A program made the position numbers and the translations under genes. A DNA stretch of 63,778 bases, filler included, from Chiloscyllium plagiosum (Eukaryota), in assembly GCF_004010195.1 (NCBI RefSeq). It is 4 parts of one record of this genome, joined end to end, with 100 filler letters (N's around TTAATTAATTAA, not from the genome) between each part and the next. Parts side by side here need not be neighbours in the genome. Positions count along the whole stretch, not along the records: positions 56,391 to 63,778 come from NC_057714.1; 3 more parts are not named here. The stretch is one strand, 5' to 3'. This document shows positions 62,575 to 63,778 of this stretch, one piece after another. The notes under the pieces were generated by a model, which saw nothing but the letters and a program-made list of their open reading frames with translations, was not told the origin of the DNA and made no database searches. The stretch's first letter is position 1. Each line of letters begins with the position of its first letter.

Positions 62575-63310
62575 TCACTCATGGGATATGGCCATCACCA
62601 GCAAGGCCAACCATTTTTTGCCCTTCCTTAATTGTCTCAGAGAAGTGGTGGTAGGCCAACCTCTTTAACTGCAACAGTCTTATGTGGTGAACATTATTCC
62701 CACTTTGCTGTGTGGGAGGAAATTCAGGATTTTGACCCAGCCACCATGATGTAATGGTAATTTATTACCAACCTAAGATGATGTTTGACTTGGAGGGAAT
62801 TATTCAAGTGCTGGTGGTCCTTTTGTATCTGCTCCCCTTATTCTGTCAGTAGTATAAGTCTAGGGTTAGGCAAGTGCTGTAGAAGGAGACCTCGCATATT
62901 ACTGAACTGAATCTTGCACACATTACTGCCACCATGTGCCAGTGATGGGAGGAGTGCATAATTCATGTGATGGAGAGGACAGCAATGTAGTGGGCTCCTT
63001 TTGTGTGTGGTGTTGCGTTTCTTGGCTTTTGGAATTGCAGTGAAGTAGCTTTGAAGAACCTGGTAATAGGTCACTTGCTGCTGAGTTTCCACGCTCTGAT
63101 GTATTATTGTAGCCACAGCATTTACGTGGTTGATGCAGTTAAGTTTCTTGTCAATGGTGTGTCCAGGATTTTGGTGAAGGAGAATTTGATGATGGTATGA
63201 CCAATGAACATAAAATGAAGATGGTTACCTTCTTCTTGCTGGAGGTGGTCATGAAGGTGGAATAAATATTATTTGTCACTTATCTGTCCAAGCTTGAATG
63301 TTGTCTAAGT
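62575..63310 (-). mobile_element. Decayed CR1/L2-group LINE 3' part
   Basis: Reverse-complement similarity to 51850-52630. Confidence 0.6.
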
Positions 63311-63319
63311 CTTATAAAA

Positions 63320-63778
63320 AATCTTAAAGTAAGGGAACACTTAGGAAGCAGCGATCATAATATGGTAGAGTTCAGTCTGCAGTTTGAAAGAGAGAAGGCA
63401 AAATCGGATGTCATGGTGTTACAGTTAAATAAAGGTAATTATGAGGGCATAAAAAAGGAACTGACGAAAATAGACTGGAAGCAGAGCCTAGCAGGGAAGA
63501 CAGTAGAGCAAAAATGGCAGACGTTTGTGGGTAAAATTGAGGACACTGTACAGAGGTTCATCCCCAATAAGAGAAAGATTATCCGGGGAGGGATTAGACA
63601 GCCATGGCTGACAAAGGAAGTCAGGAAATCTATCAAAGAAAAAGAGAGAGCCTATAAAGTGGCCAAGAGCACTGGGAAATCAGAAGAGTGGGAAGGCTAC
63701 AAAAACAAACAGAGGATAACAAAGAGAGAAATAAGAAAGGAGAGGATCAAATATGAAGGTAGGCGAGCCAGTAATATT
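63320..63778 (+). mobile_element. Young 5'-truncated CR1 ORF2 fragment, open to the window end
   Basis: EHLGSSDHNMVEF...NKGNYEGIKKELTKIDW...RFIP...QPWLTKEVRKSIKEKERAYK, with no stops. Confidence 0.85.

Overview
Eukaryotic genomic DNA, almost certainly from a shark or ray: it carries HE1-type V-SINEs, a SacSINE1-like DeuSINE and CR1/HER1 LINEs. The only host-gene exons I can support are two internal coding exons of the axonemal armadillo-repeat gene SPAG6 on the + strand (53876-54042 and 55527-55710). The upstream coding exons were not found, so most of the window is probably a very long intron. The rest is a nested mosaic of transposons: many CR1 LINE fragments (two with SGNH-esterase ORF1), an open L1-clade RT fragment, a Gypsy RT/RNase H relic, a solo LTR, a decayed PIF/Harbinger-like element and several SINEs. 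It also holds many Penelope-like elements (PLEs) and their miniature derivatives. The most striking signal is about 17 minimal hammerhead-ribozyme motifs (CUGANGA-stem II-GAAA, palindromic helix III) from 4-5 families with covarying stems. Several sit in 90-580 bp non-coding insertions with their own target-site duplications, and some of these fold back on themselves. Also notable are a 320-bp inverted duplication around a LINE, RFX X-box motifs and a candidate conserved non-coding element. There are four assembly gaps. Repeat boundaries were read by eye and are approximate.
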